NCBI GenBank assembly: GCA_020060565.1
Contig: JAGVAE010000002.1
Span: forward strand, 243,270-307,269
Origin: Candidatus Woesebacteria bacterium
GTDB lineage: Bacteria; Patescibacteriota; Microgenomatia; UBA8517
Direction: 5' to 3'
Length of the DNA: 64,000 bases
Shown here piece by piece: positions 9,814 through 19,489 of this stretch. Position numbers and translations under genes: made by a program. Every line of letters begins with the position of its first letter. The stretch's first letter is position 1. Below the pieces are notes generated by a model that saw only the letters and a program-made list of their open reading frames with translations, searched no databases and was not told the origin of the DNA.

Positions 9814-9816
9814 GAC

Positions 9817-11145
9817 ATGGAAAGAACATTGATAGCTGATACTCCAAAGCTAGTTGGGGAGAAAGTAAAAATTAAGGGATTTGTTCATGTGGTTCGTGCC
9901 CATGGCAAGATTGCCTTTGCAGATATCACTGACAGGAGTGGGGTTATTCAGGTTGTGGGTGGGGAAGATCTGGCAGCTCTTAGACCTCAGTATGTGGTTG
10001 AGATTGAAGGAACTGTTAATTCTAGGCCTGAAAAGATGGTTAATGACAAGATTGATACTGGAAAGGTTGAGCTTTCTGTAGAAAAAATTGTAGTTATTGC
10101 TAAGTCTGAAGAGATGCCTTTTGACATGGGGGCAGAAGAACTTAATTTGGAACTTCCCACACTATTAGATTACCGTGCCTTAACTCTAAGGTATCCCAAG
10201 GTTATAGCAATATTTAAAGTTCAGGAAGTTGTCATTGATGCTTTCAGACGTGCGCTTCAGGCCAAGGATTTTATGGAGTTTCAAGCACCTTCTATAATAT
10301 CGTCAGTTCCTGAAGGTGGAGCTGAAGTTTTTAAAGTTGATTATTTTGGCCGCAATGTTTATCTTTCCCAAAGTCCACAACTTTATAAATCATTACTTGT
10401 TGGGGCTTTTGAGCGTGTTTTTAGTGTGAATAAAATATTTAGAGCTGAGCCAAGTGTGACTACAAGGCATTTAACTGAAGTAACTAGTTTGGATGCAGAG
10501 TTTGGTTTTATAGATTCCTGGGAAGAAGTTCAGGAAATGGAGGAGTATGTAGTTAGATTCATTTTCTCTGAGGTTGAAAAGAAGTGTACCAAAGAGCTTG
10601 CCATGTTTGGGGCAACTCTTCCAAAACTTTCTGACAAAATTCCACAAGTTAAATTAAGAGATGCACAGGAAATTATTTTTAAACGAACAGGAAGAGACAT
10701 ACGGGAAGAAAAAGATTTAGCACCTGAGGATGAACGCGAGATTTGTAAGTGGGCGCTGGAGGAAAAAGGAAGTGATTTGGTATTTATTTCTCATTTTGTA
10801 ACAAAGAAGAAGCCTTTCTATGTTTATCCAGATCCTAAGGACCCAACTTATGCATTCTCGGTCGACCTTTTAGGTCGGGGTGTTGAATGGTCAAGTGGGG
10901 GGCAAAGATTAAATGATTACAAAACTATTCTTGAACATGTGAGAGAGTGGGGACTTAAAGAAGAAGATATTGAGCTTTATTTGCAATCTTTTAAGTATGG
11001 TGTTCCCCCATTGGGAGGATTTGCACTGGGTGCGGAGCGCGTGACAATGCACATTTTGGGACTTAAAAATATCCGTGAGGCTTCACTTTTTCCAAGAGAT
11101 ATGGAAAGGGTAGATGTCAGACTCTCCGAGACTGATCAAAAGTAA
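9817..11145 (+). CDS. aspS: aspartate--tRNA ligase, archaeal/eukaryal-type (class IIb)
   Basis: The 442 aa product has an N-terminal OB fold and class II motifs (FRAEPSVTTRHLTEVTSLDAEFGF, GGQR, GGFALGAERV). Its size fits the short archaeal-type AspRS/AsnRS group, and FRAEPS favours Asp. A TATAAT lies 7 nt upstream of the ATG, which suggests a leaderless mRNA. Confidence 0.75.
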   Translation: MERTLIADTPKLVGEKVKIKGFVHVVRAHGKIAFADITDRSGVIQVVGGEDLAALRPQYVVEIEGTVNSRPEKMVNDKIDTGKVELSVEKIVVIAKSEEMPFDMGAEELNLELPTLLDYRALTLRYPKVIAIFKVQEVVIDAFRRALQAKDFMEFQAPSIISSVPEGGAEVFKVDYFGRNVYLSQSPQLYKSLLVGAFERVFSVNKIFRAEPSVTTRHLTEVTSLDAEFGFIDSWEEVQEMEEYVVRFIFSEVEKKCTKELAMFGATLPKLSDKIPQVKLRDAQEIIFKRTGRDIREEKDLAPEDEREICKWALEEKGSDLVFISHFVTKKKPFYVYPDPKDPTYAFSVDLLGRGVEWSSGGQRLNDYKTILEHVREWGLKEEDIELYLQSFKYGVPPLGGFALGAERVTMHILGLKNIREASLFPRDMERVDVRLSETDQK

Positions 11146-11146
11146 T

Positions 11147-12082
11147 ATGAAGTTTCTTACCAAAAAGAATAATTTTTTGTTTTTGGCTATATTAGTTTTT
11201 GTTTTTGTGACTTCTTGTGCACTTTCTTTGACAGGACAACTTGAGATTACAAAAGAATTAATTGATCAGTTGTCACAAAAAACAACCAAGACGTTTCCTC
11301 CAATACCAGTTTTAACAAACGGATCATCATTCCCAACTCTTTCTGCTCAAGGAGTGATTGCAATGGATTTGGATAGTGGAATTACTCTTTATGAAAAAAA
11401 TGCAGATGCAAAGCTTTTACCTGCTTCAACTACCAAGATTGTTACTGCACTGGTTTCACTTGATGAGTATAAATTGGATCAAGTTTTAACTGTAGGAAAG
11501 GAAGTAAGGGTTGATGGACAAAAAATGGGACTTAGGGTTGGGGAAAAGATGAAGTTTGAGGACTTACTTTATGGTCTTTTGGTCTATTCTGCAAATGATG
11601 CTGCCCAGACCTTGGCACAGAACTATCCTGGGGGGTACTCTGCTTTTATTGTGGCTATGAATCAAAAAGCTAGCGAACTATCCATGACCAATAGTCTTTT
11701 TGATAATCCAGTGGGACTTGATACCAATGGACAACGTTCAACTGCAAAAGATCTAATTCGTGTTTCAGAAGTCGCAATGAGAAATCCTGTTTTTGCAAAG
11801 GTGGTAGGAACCAAACAAATAACAATAAGTGATGCTTCTGGGAACAAACCATATAATCTTAAAAACATAAACCAACTATTAGGAGTCGTACCTGGCGTCA
11901 TAGGGGTTAAAACCGGTTGGACGGAAAATGCTCGCGAAAATCTTGTTACTTATATAGAACGTGACGGTCACAAAATCATGATTGCACTTTTAGGAAGTCA
12001 GGATAGATTTGGGGAGACCAAAGAATTAATCAATTGGATATTTGAAAGCCATAAGTGGCAGGAAGTTAAATTACCTTCTTAA
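11147..12082 (+). CDS. D-alanyl-D-alanine carboxypeptidase (PBP5-like serine peptidase S11)
   Basis: A signal peptide is followed by the SxxK (ASTTKIVT), SxN (SANDAA) and KTG (KTGWT) motifs. An alternative ATG at 11114 would overlap the aspS 3' end. Confidence 0.75.
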   Translation: MKFLTKKNNFLFLAILVFVFVTSCALSLTGQLEITKELIDQLSQKTTKTFPPIPVLTNGSSFPTLSAQGVIAMDLDSGITLYEKNADAKLLPASTTKIVTALVSLDEYKLDQVLTVGKEVRVDGQKMGLRVGEKMKFEDLLYGLLVYSANDAAQTLAQNYPGGYSAFIVAMNQKASELSMTNSLFDNPVGLDTNGQRSTAKDLIRVSEVAMRNPVFAKVVGTKQITISDASGNKPYNLKNINQLLGVVPGVIGVKTGWTENARENLVTYIERDGHKIMIALLGSQDRFGETKELINWIFESHKWQEVKLPS

Positions 12083-12083
12083 T

Positions 12084-13157
12084 TTAATTTCCGTAATAAG
12101 TGGGGCTAACTGCTGGTAAGTATCCAACAAAACTATTGGTGGGATCACTGTCTCCAGAGTCAAAAACATAAACTGGTTGGTAGAAGTCAGAGCTTGAATC
12201 GGGGTCAAAATAGGCAAGGTAAATTTTCCTTATTTTAAGTGAATCTCCATCTTTATACTTTCCCATACTAGCAATATAGGCTTTTCCTCCTTGGAGTTGG
12301 GCAAAAGCTTCTTGGGGAGTAATTATTGGATATGTTGAGTATTGTGATTCATCTACTGGGTAATAATGATACTGGGCTGCAATAATTCTTTGATCTTTTT
12401 GCTGACCTCCACTTACTATTGCCCAGACGTTACTTTGGGCTGGGTCTGTGGTTACGCTTGGTAAATTATCATATGATTTTCTAAATAGATTTACTTTTAC
12501 TACGTCAGCCTCAGAAAGGGCAATGACATTTTCCAATTTTCCGCTTGTCAATTTTAAATAGTTGGGAATCATTGGTCCATCACTTAAGTCAGAAGAAAGA
12601 ACACCAGCATTTGAAAGAATCCCCCTAAATTGGGAAGCCGCGACTTCTGCTACTGGAGGCCTTGTGTCAATTGGAGTTCTGTCTGCAGTTAAATCATAAC
12701 TTATGGAAAACGCTCCCGTTATTATGTTTATTTCCATTATTGATGGAAATCTTGGATTTCTAAACTTATATAAAGAATCTGATTCTTGAATTGGATTAGG
12801 GTCATCAAACCCCAGAGCATCAGCTTTTGTTTTTGCGGTATCAAGTGAAAGAAGATTTGAGTTTACTTTAGGCATGAAATAGACTTTTGCCTGGGTTGAA
12901 ATGTCCGTTGGATATGTTCCAGTTGGAGTTTCCAGAGTATATGTCAATTTTGGATCGAGAGTAGAAAGTGGAAAAGGAATTTTTGTTAGTTTACCAAATT
13001 TAACAGTTGGATCAGGAAGACCAGGAGGAAATATCTTAAGATAAACAGATACACCAGCATTAAAAAGAATTCTTCCTATGGTTAAAAATATAATAAAGTA
13101 GATTGTATAGCGTATTGTTTTTCTTGCAGTTATGGCAACTTGGGTCAGGCTACTCAT
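12084..13157 (-). CDS. hypothetical membrane-anchored secreted protein
   Basis: The ORF extends to 13247 but would overlap gltX. The ATG at 13157 gives MSSLTQ... with an N-terminal TM helix and no recognised domain. Confidence 0.45.
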   Translation of the reverse strand: MSSLTQVAITARKTIRYTIYFIIFLTIGRILFNAGVSVYLKIFPPGLPDPTVKFGKLTKIPFPLSTLDPKLTYTLETPTGTYPTDISTQAKVYFMPKVNSNLLSLDTAKTKADALGFDDPNPIQESDSLYKFRNPRFPSIMEINIITGAFSISYDLTADRTPIDTRPPVAEVAASQFRGILSNAGVLSSDLSDGPMIPNYLKLTSGKLENVIALSEADVVKVNLFRKSYDNLPSVTTDPAQSNVWAIVSGGQQKDQRIIAAQYHYYPVDESQYSTYPIITPQEAFAQLQGGKAYIASMGKYKDGDSLKIRKIYLAYFDPDSSSDFYQPVYVFDSGDSDPTNSFVGYLPAVSPTYYGN

Positions 13158-13171
13158 GATATAATCATAGC

Positions 13172-14479
13172 ATGATTCGTACTCGTTTTGCGCCAAGTCC
13201 AACAGGCTCAATGCACATTGGAAATTTAAGGACTGCTTTTTATGCATACGCGCTAGCCAAACACAATAATGGTGAATTTATTCTTAGAATTGAAGATACT
13301 GATAAAAAAAGGGAAATTGAGGGTGGTGCCAATGATATTAAAGATTTATTAACAATATTCGACATTAAGTGGGATGAATATTATATCCAATCGGAAAGAT
13401 TAGATTTATACAAAAAAGCTGCTGAAAAATTAGTTGAGGACGGCCATGCTTTTTATTGTCAATGTGAAGCAAAAAATGCTAAAGAGGATGGTTTTTCAAA
13501 AGATCTCCGAGACCCTTGTCGTGACAAAAATCTAACTTCTGGGGCAGTTAAACTTAAAGTTCCTGAAAATGAATGGATAACATTTAAGGATTTTGTATTA
13601 CAAAAAAAAGTATCTTGGAATACTTCAACAATTGGAGACGCCACACTTTTTAAGACCGACGGTTTTCCAACTTATCACTTGGCTGTAGTTGTTGATGATA
13701 ATGATTTGAAAATAAGCCATGTTTTAAGGGGTCATGATTGGATGCCATCTACCCCAATACATATACTTGTCTATAAATATTTAGGATTTGATGTTCCAGA
13801 GATTGGGCATTTGACTGACATTATGGATCCTGATGGCGGAAAATTAAGTAAAAGAAAAGGAAGTACTTCAGTACGCGGTTTACTTACTGAAGGATATTTA
13901 CCAGAAGCGTTATTAAATTTTGTAATACTTCTAGGTTGGGCACCGAAAGATAATCGTGAGATGTTTACTTTAGAAGAATTTGTAAAATATTTTGATCCCA
14001 ATGGTTTTCAGAAGGGTAATCCTGTATTTAATAGGGAAAAACTTGATTGGTTTAATGGAGAATATATTCGCAAACTCAGTGACACTGAGCTTTACGAAAA
14101 ATTCCAATTTTCAAATTCCAATTTTCAAACAATGGAAGAAAATAAAAAATTACAAATAACAAAACTTGTAAAAGACAGGATTAAAAAAATATCAGATCTT
14201 GATGCGTTAGCAAAGTTCTTTTGGGAGGAACCAAAAGAAATAGATATGAATCTTTTTGGAAAAAACTACAAAGAGCATTTAACAAAAGCGCAGGAAGCTA
14301 TTGAAAAATCAATTCCACTTGATACAGTTTCTAAAAATAATGATTTTAAAGTTGGGGATTTTTTCATGGATTTAAGGATTGCAATAACTGGTACAAAGTT
14401 TACTCCTCCTATAAATGAATCAATTGAAATTTTAGGAAAAGAAAAAAGTATAAAAAGAATTAGAAAAATATTGGAATAA
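13172..14479 (+). CDS. gltX: glutamate--tRNA ligase
   Basis: The class I HIGH motif (FAPSPTGSMHIGNLRTA) and KMSKS motif (KLSKRKG) are present. A TATAAT lies 6 nt upstream of the ATG. Confidence 0.85.
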   Translation: MIRTRFAPSPTGSMHIGNLRTAFYAYALAKHNNGEFILRIEDTDKKREIEGGANDIKDLLTIFDIKWDEYYIQSERLDLYKKAAEKLVEDGHAFYCQCEAKNAKEDGFSKDLRDPCRDKNLTSGAVKLKVPENEWITFKDFVLQKKVSWNTSTIGDATLFKTDGFPTYHLAVVVDDNDLKISHVLRGHDWMPSTPIHILVYKYLGFDVPEIGHLTDIMDPDGGKLSKRKGSTSVRGLLTEGYLPEALLNFVILLGWAPKDNREMFTLEEFVKYFDPNGFQKGNPVFNREKLDWFNGEYIRKLSDTELYEKFQFSNSNFQTMEENKKLQITKLVKDRIKKISDLDALAKFFWEEPKEIDMNLFGKNYKEHLTKAQEAIEKSIPLDTVSKNNDFKVGDFFMDLRIAITGTKFTPPINESIEILGKEKSIKRIRKILE

Positions 14480-14511
14480 TTGGAACAAACGAAGTTTAAA
14501 TTCGAAACAAT

Positions 14512-15498
14512 ATGGCTCACGACCCGCCCAACACAACTTACAATCTGAATAAAGAGAGGATTGATACAGAGTTTCTACGTAATAAACTTAAACTTAGGAA
14601 TCTTGAAGTTAAAGACTCTTTTAACAAAAAATATCCACATGTACAGAAATTCTTTGAGGACAGGGGGATATCATTAAATAAACTTCGTGAACATTCAGCC
14701 AGGGTAATTACTGCGGGAGCCCTTACTGGATCACTTTTTTTTGCTTCCCCTGTCATGTCAAATAAAATGCCTAACACTACTGAGATTGTAAAAAGTTTGA
14801 CAAATCTTAGTACAGATGACGATTCAGGTGTAAACACAATTCCACTGAATCAAAGACTGCTTGTTAAAATACGGGAGCATTTACCATCTCAGATTGGTCC
14901 TTTAAATAGATCTCAGGAAAAGAATTTAGAAAAAATATTTTTGGATATCATTGGGATTAATACTAAAGCAACGTTGGAGGGGGAACATTTAAATACCACT
15001 TATGGATACATTGGAGCTGAACAACATTTAATTAGATACCCCGGGGATACTATTTCTAATCATGAATTAACAACTGACGATGAAGGGATTGCCCCAGGCA
15101 GGGGTGCTTGGGGTTATTTTGCAAGAAGTAAGGAAGAATTGACCAAGGAAGATATTGAAAATGAAAAATGGTATGCAGTAGTTCAAACTTTATATCTTCC
15201 GGATTGGAACTCGCGTGTTGCCTACTTAAGAGATTGGTATAAATACAGAAAGATTTTAATAGTAAACACAATTAATGGTAATGCTGTGGTTGCTGACATA
15301 GCAGATAGTGGTCCAGCTGCTTTTACTGGGAAACATTTTGGGGGAAGCCCTGCGGTTATGGATTATCTGGGGGGGTCACGTTACAAAAAAGGACCCGTGG
15401 TTGTGTTTTTTGTTGACGATCCTGAAAACAGGGTTCCGCTTGGTCCTGTAGAGTACAATAATATTAATATTCCAACAGTTGCTCTGACTGAGATTTAA
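14512..15498 (+). CDS. hypothetical membrane-anchored protein with C-terminal RlpA-like double-psi beta-barrel (DPBB) domain
   Basis: The C-terminal ILIVNTINGNAVVADIADSGP...AVMDYLG resembles the RlpA/expansin DPBB core (VxVTNxxNGRSVVVRINDRGP...IDLSxAAxxLG). One TM helix is present near the N-terminus. Confidence 0.4.
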   Translation: MAHDPPNTTYNLNKERIDTEFLRNKLKLRNLEVKDSFNKKYPHVQKFFEDRGISLNKLREHSARVITAGALTGSLFFASPVMSNKMPNTTEIVKSLTNLSTDDDSGVNTIPLNQRLLVKIREHLPSQIGPLNRSQEKNLEKIFLDIIGINTKATLEGEHLNTTYGYIGAEQHLIRYPGDTISNHELTTDDEGIAPGRGAWGYFARSKEELTKEDIENEKWYAVVQTLYLPDWNSRVAYLRDWYKYRKILIVNTINGNAVVADIADSGPAAFTGKHFGGSPAVMDYLGGSRYKKGPVVVFFVDDPENRVPLGPVEYNNINIPTVALTEI

Positions 15499-15509
15499 CT
15501 AAAAAATAT

Positions 15510-15845
15510 ATGTCAAAACTATTTTTCGATTACCTTATAAATCTTAAAGAAATCGACAAACAAATTAAGAGACTAACTAATACCCGGGAAGAGAGGGAAG
15601 AACTTTGGGGTTTAGTTGATGAAATGGTCCACCACAAAGTTGTGGGCTGCATACTTGATAAAATGCCGAAAAATAATCATGAAGAATTCTTGGGATTGTT
15701 TCAAAAAAGTCCACACGATGAAAAATTATTATTTGATTATTTAAAGGAAACAATTGGAGATAATATTGAGGAACTTATTAGGCAAGAAATAGGAGATCTC
15801 TCAACGGATATTTTAAATGATATTAAATCCTCATCGGGTAAATAA
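15510..15845 (+). CDS. hypothetical protein (111 aa)
   Basis: This is a compact acidic ORF with no recognised motif. Confidence 0.4.
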   Translation: MSKLFFDYLINLKEIDKQIKRLTNTREEREELWGLVDEMVHHKVVGCILDKMPKNNHEEFLGLFQKSPHDEKLLFDYLKETIGDNIEELIRQEIGDLSTDILNDIKSSSGK

Positions 15846-15910
15846 CTTGAAATAAATAATATTTTAAATTAAAATCTTCACTTAGTGCTTAAAAAGCCTT
15901 AGAATGAAAT

Positions 15911-16936
15911 ATGGTATCAAAATTTAAAAATTTTAAAAACAAACTAGGAAAATGGTTTTGGGTAATTCTAGTTATTTTAATACTGGGAGTTGGAGGGTTC
16001 TTCTTTTTTAGTAAAAAATCAGAGAATGGGAGCGTGAAAACTGTTGTTCAAAAGGGAGAGGTTAAAGAAGAGCTAATTCTTACGGGTTCCATTAAAGCAG
16101 ATAAGCATGTAATTCTTTATTTCCCAACAGGGGGAAAAATTGCAGGTGTTTATGTCAAAGAAGGTGAGTGGGTAAAAACTGGACGTGCACTAACTGCACT
16201 TGATAGAACAATTCTCAATTCAACTTATCAGCAGGCTTTAAATACCCACAAAAGTTATCAAGCTACAGCCGAAAATGTTGTGGATAGTGTAAAAGACCAT
16301 AAAAGCGATGAAACATTTACTCAGAAAGCAACTCGTACAACAGCTGAAGTAAATCGCGACAACGCCTATGATGCAGTGAAAGCAGCCGAATATAATCTTA
16401 AAAATGCCACCCTATATGCTCCTTTTGAAGGTGTCATAACTTCTCTTCCTTTTTCAAGTCCTGGAGTAAATATAAATTTAACCGATGCTCAAGTGGAACT
16501 ACTCGACCCTACCAGTATTTATTTTGAAGTAGATGCAGACCAAAGTGAAGTTATTGATATTAAAGATAAACAATCAGTTGAAATTGTTCTTGATTCATAT
16601 CGAGACAAGTCTTTCGTAGGAACTGTATCGTTCATCTCTTATACCCCAAAAGCAGGAAAAGCTAGCACTGTTTATAAAGTAAAAGTGGAACTTGATACAG
16701 TACAAATGAAAGAGCTTTTACCAAGAATCGGCATGAGTGGGGATGCTAAATTTATTCTTTCTCAAAAGTCTGATGTACTTTTTGTTCCCAATCGTTTTGT
16801 TAATTCAGATAAGGAAGGAAAATATGTAAATCTTGGTGGAAAAGACAAAAAAGTGAGAGTTACGATTGGAATTGAGGGTGAAGATAGGGTTGAGATAATC
16901 TCAGGGGTAAAAGAGGGCGATGTTTTATATGATTAA
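15911..16936 (+). CDS. efflux periplasmic adaptor (HlyD/MacA family membrane fusion protein)
   Basis: An N-terminal TM helix is followed by lipoyl and beta-barrel regions typical of membrane fusion proteins. It is the first gene of an MFP, ABC ATPase and FtsX-like permease operon. Confidence 0.65.
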   Translation: MVSKFKNFKNKLGKWFWVILVILILGVGGFFFFSKKSENGSVKTVVQKGEVKEELILTGSIKADKHVILYFPTGGKIAGVYVKEGEWVKTGRALTALDRTILNSTYQQALNTHKSYQATAENVVDSVKDHKSDETFTQKATRTTAEVNRDNAYDAVKAAEYNLKNATLYAPFEGVITSLPFSSPGVNINLTDAQVELLDPTSIYFEVDADQSEVIDIKDKQSVEIVLDSYRDKSFVGTVSFISYTPKAGKASTVYKVKVELDTVQMKELLPRIGMSGDAKFILSQKSDVLFVPNRFVNSDKEGKYVNLGGKDKKVRVTIGIEGEDRVEIISGVKEGDVLYD

Positions 16937-17606
16937 ACTTGAAAATGTTTTTAAATCCTACATATTGGGAGATGAAGAGGTAGTAGCTGTTAAAGATGTT
17001 AGCCTAACCATTAAAGAGAAAGAGTTTATAGGAATAATGGGTACTTCAGGAAGCGGAAAATCTACATTAATGCATCTAATTGGTCTTCTGGAACAGCCAT
17101 CAAAAGGTAAAATTTATTTAGACGGAAAAGATATTTCCAAACTTACTGATAATGAGCTTTCAAAAATTAGAAATAAAACAGTAGGTTTTGTTTTTCAATC
17201 GTTTAATCTAATTAACCGCTTTACAGTTTTTGAAAATATTCTTTTACCAACGAAATATTCAAAGGAACTCCTTAAGTTTGATCCTAAAGCCAAAGCGGAA
17301 GATTTACTCAAAAGGTTTGGGATATACGAAAGACGAAATTTCTTTCCGAATAAAATTTCAGGAGGTCAACAACAGAGAGTGGCAATTGTAAGAGCTTTGA
17401 TTATGGGGCCAAAAATTATCCTCGCCGATGAGCCGACTGGGAATTTGGATAGTAAAACAGGGGAAGAAATATTGGACATTCTAGGAAACTTAAATAGAGA
17501 ATTTGGTGTAACTGTTATTTTGGTTACCCATGAACACGATATTGCAGCAAAAACTAAAAGACAGATTTATATCAAAGACGGACAATTAGTGGAAAGATAT
17601 TTATAG
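16929..17606 (+). CDS. ABC transporter ATP-binding protein (MacB/LolD-type)
   Basis: The Walker A (GTSGSGKST), signature (LSGGQQQRVAIVRAL) and Walker B (ILADEPTGNLD) motifs are present. It has an ATGATTAA overlap with the upstream gene. Confidence 0.85.
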   Translation: MIKLENVFKSYILGDEEVVAVKDVSLTIKEKEFIGIMGTSGSGKSTLMHLIGLLEQPSKGKIYLDGKDISKLTDNELSKIRNKTVGFVFQSFNLINRFTVFENILLPTKYSKELLKFDPKAKAEDLLKRFGIYERRNFFPNKISGGQQQRVAIVRALIMGPKIILADEPTGNLDSKTGEEILDILGNLNREFGVTVILVTHEHDIAAKTKRQIYIKDGQLVERYL

Positions 17607-18803
17607 ATGGTAAATATAAAAGAATATACACATTTGATGAAGGCGGCTATTGAAGATTTTAGGCGCAATAAAGTTAGAACCGCACTAACCTCCCTGGGGA
17701 TCATGATCGGAGTTATGTCAGTTGTGCTTTTAATTGCATTAGGGTTGGGGCTTAAAAATTATATTGAAGATCAGTTTAATAGCATGGGAGCAAATCTGGT
17801 AATGATTATGCCTGGAAGTGGTATTTCTGGGGGTACTGGAGCTGGAATGGTAGGTGGAGCAGAATTTGACGAGCGGGATGTAAATAGTCTAATTAGAATT
17901 CCAAACGTTAAATATGTTATTCCTGTATTTTTTAAAGCAGCAGGTGTTGAAGCTGGAGGAGAGAAAAAAAATTCATATATCATGGGAGTAAATGAAGATT
18001 ATTTCAGATTAATGAATAAAGAGCTTATCGGTGGGGAAGAATTTACCAAATCAGACGTAGCTGCAGGAACAAAAGTTACCGTTTTGGGTTATGCACTAGC
18101 TGATAATCTCTTTGAAAATCCCACCGATGCAGTGGGAAAAACTGTAAGACTTGAAAATTTGAGGGTAAAAGTGATTGGAGTAATGGAAAAAACTGGAGAC
18201 AATGAAGGCGATAATGCAGTAATTCTGCCATATAAAGCAACATATGGAAGTTTAAATCCAAAGAAGACTTTTTGGTCTTTATATATTGGAGTTGAATCAA
18301 AAGATCAGGTTACCAACGTAAAAGAGGGTGTAGAGGAAACTCTTTTGAAAAGATACAAAGAAGACGATTTTTCGGTAACCGATCAAACTGATCTTCTTTC
18401 CACAGTTAACCAAATTTTTAATATAGTCAATTCTGTTCTTATAGCCATAGGTTCCATTTCACTTCTTGTTGGGGGAATAGGAATAATGAACATTATGTAT
18501 GCAACCGTTACAGAAAGAACTAAGGAAGTTGGGATAAGGCGTGCTGTTGGGGCAACACAAAGAGATATTTTATTGCAATTTTTAACGGAGAGTTTGATCC
18601 TTTCAGTTTTTGGTGGAGTTTTGGGACTTATTTTTGCTTCTTTAATAGTTCTTGTTGTTAGGATTTTCTTCCCTGCTGCAATTAATTTATTATCCGTTCT
18701 CATCACTTTTGGAATCTCCTCAGCCATTGGAGTATTCTTTGGAGTGTTTCCTGCCAGACGTGCCGCAAGACTAACCCCAATCGAGGCAATAAGGTATGAA
18801 TAA
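17607..18803 (+). CDS. ABC transporter permease (FtsX/MacB family)
   Basis: The MacB-like topology is present: TM1, a large periplasmic domain, then three C-terminal TM helices. Confidence 0.75.
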   Translation: MVNIKEYTHLMKAAIEDFRRNKVRTALTSLGIMIGVMSVVLLIALGLGLKNYIEDQFNSMGANLVMIMPGSGISGGTGAGMVGGAEFDERDVNSLIRIPNVKYVIPVFFKAAGVEAGGEKKNSYIMGVNEDYFRLMNKELIGGEEFTKSDVAAGTKVTVLGYALADNLFENPTDAVGKTVRLENLRVKVIGVMEKTGDNEGDNAVILPYKATYGSLNPKKTFWSLYIGVESKDQVTNVKEGVEETLLKRYKEDDFSVTDQTDLLSTVNQIFNIVNSVLIAIGSISLLVGGIGIMNIMYATVTERTKEVGIRRAVGATQRDILLQFLTESLILSVFGGVLGLIFASLIVLVVRIFFPAAINLLSVLITFGISSAIGVFFGVFPARRAARLTPIEAIRYE

Positions 18804-18820
18804 AAACTGAAACTCTTTTA

Positions 18821-19489
18821 ATGATGAAAAAAATATTATTATTTATAATTTCATTCTTAATTACTTTAGTCGCTGTTGTTGGTTATTTTAAAGTGACTCA
18901 AAAACTTTCATCAATTAATTTACCTACTCTTCCATCGTTATCGTTTTCCGATATAGTAAGGTTTTCCAGATTTTCGTTGGAAAAAGCTCCCAGCCAAAGT
19001 TTAGTGGGGGTAATTACGTCAATGGAGGGGGAAGTGATGCATGAGGAAAGATTGGCAACAACTTCTGCAAAAATTAATATCCCAATTCCTATACAACAAG
19101 GTGAGTCCTTATCTACTGGTATTGATGGAAGAATTATTTTAATTTTTGAAAAAGCTGCAGAAATAATCATTTCTGCCGAGACCACAGTTAATGTTATCCA
19201 AACCCTTCCTGCAAACCTTGTTTTTTATCAAACCAAGGGATCCGCCACATATATAAAATTAGCAGACATTCCTGTATCCATTCGCACAAGACGTCTTCTT
19301 ATAGAAAATTACGGTGATATTACCGTTACATTAGATAAAGTAGAACCTGTTATTACAATAGCTGTTAATTCGGGGAGTGCTACTTTTGCATATAACAATT
19401 TAGATAACGTTAGTCAGGTTTTGTTAGTTAATGAAGGAAAAACTTTAACTTTCAATGAGAGTACCCGGCAAGTGGTTCAAGAATATTAG
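18821..19489 (+). CDS. hypothetical secreted or membrane-anchored protein
   Basis: The 222 aa product has an N-terminal TM helix or signal sequence. Confidence 0.4.
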   Translation: MMKKILLFIISFLITLVAVVGYFKVTQKLSSINLPTLPSLSFSDIVRFSRFSLEKAPSQSLVGVITSMEGEVMHEERLATTSAKINIPIPIQQGESLSTGIDGRIILIFEKAAEIIISAETTVNVIQTLPANLVFYQTKGSATYIKLADIPVSIRTRRLLIENYGDITVTLDKVEPVITIAVNSGSATFAYNNLDNVSQVLLVNEGKTLTFNESTRQVVQEY

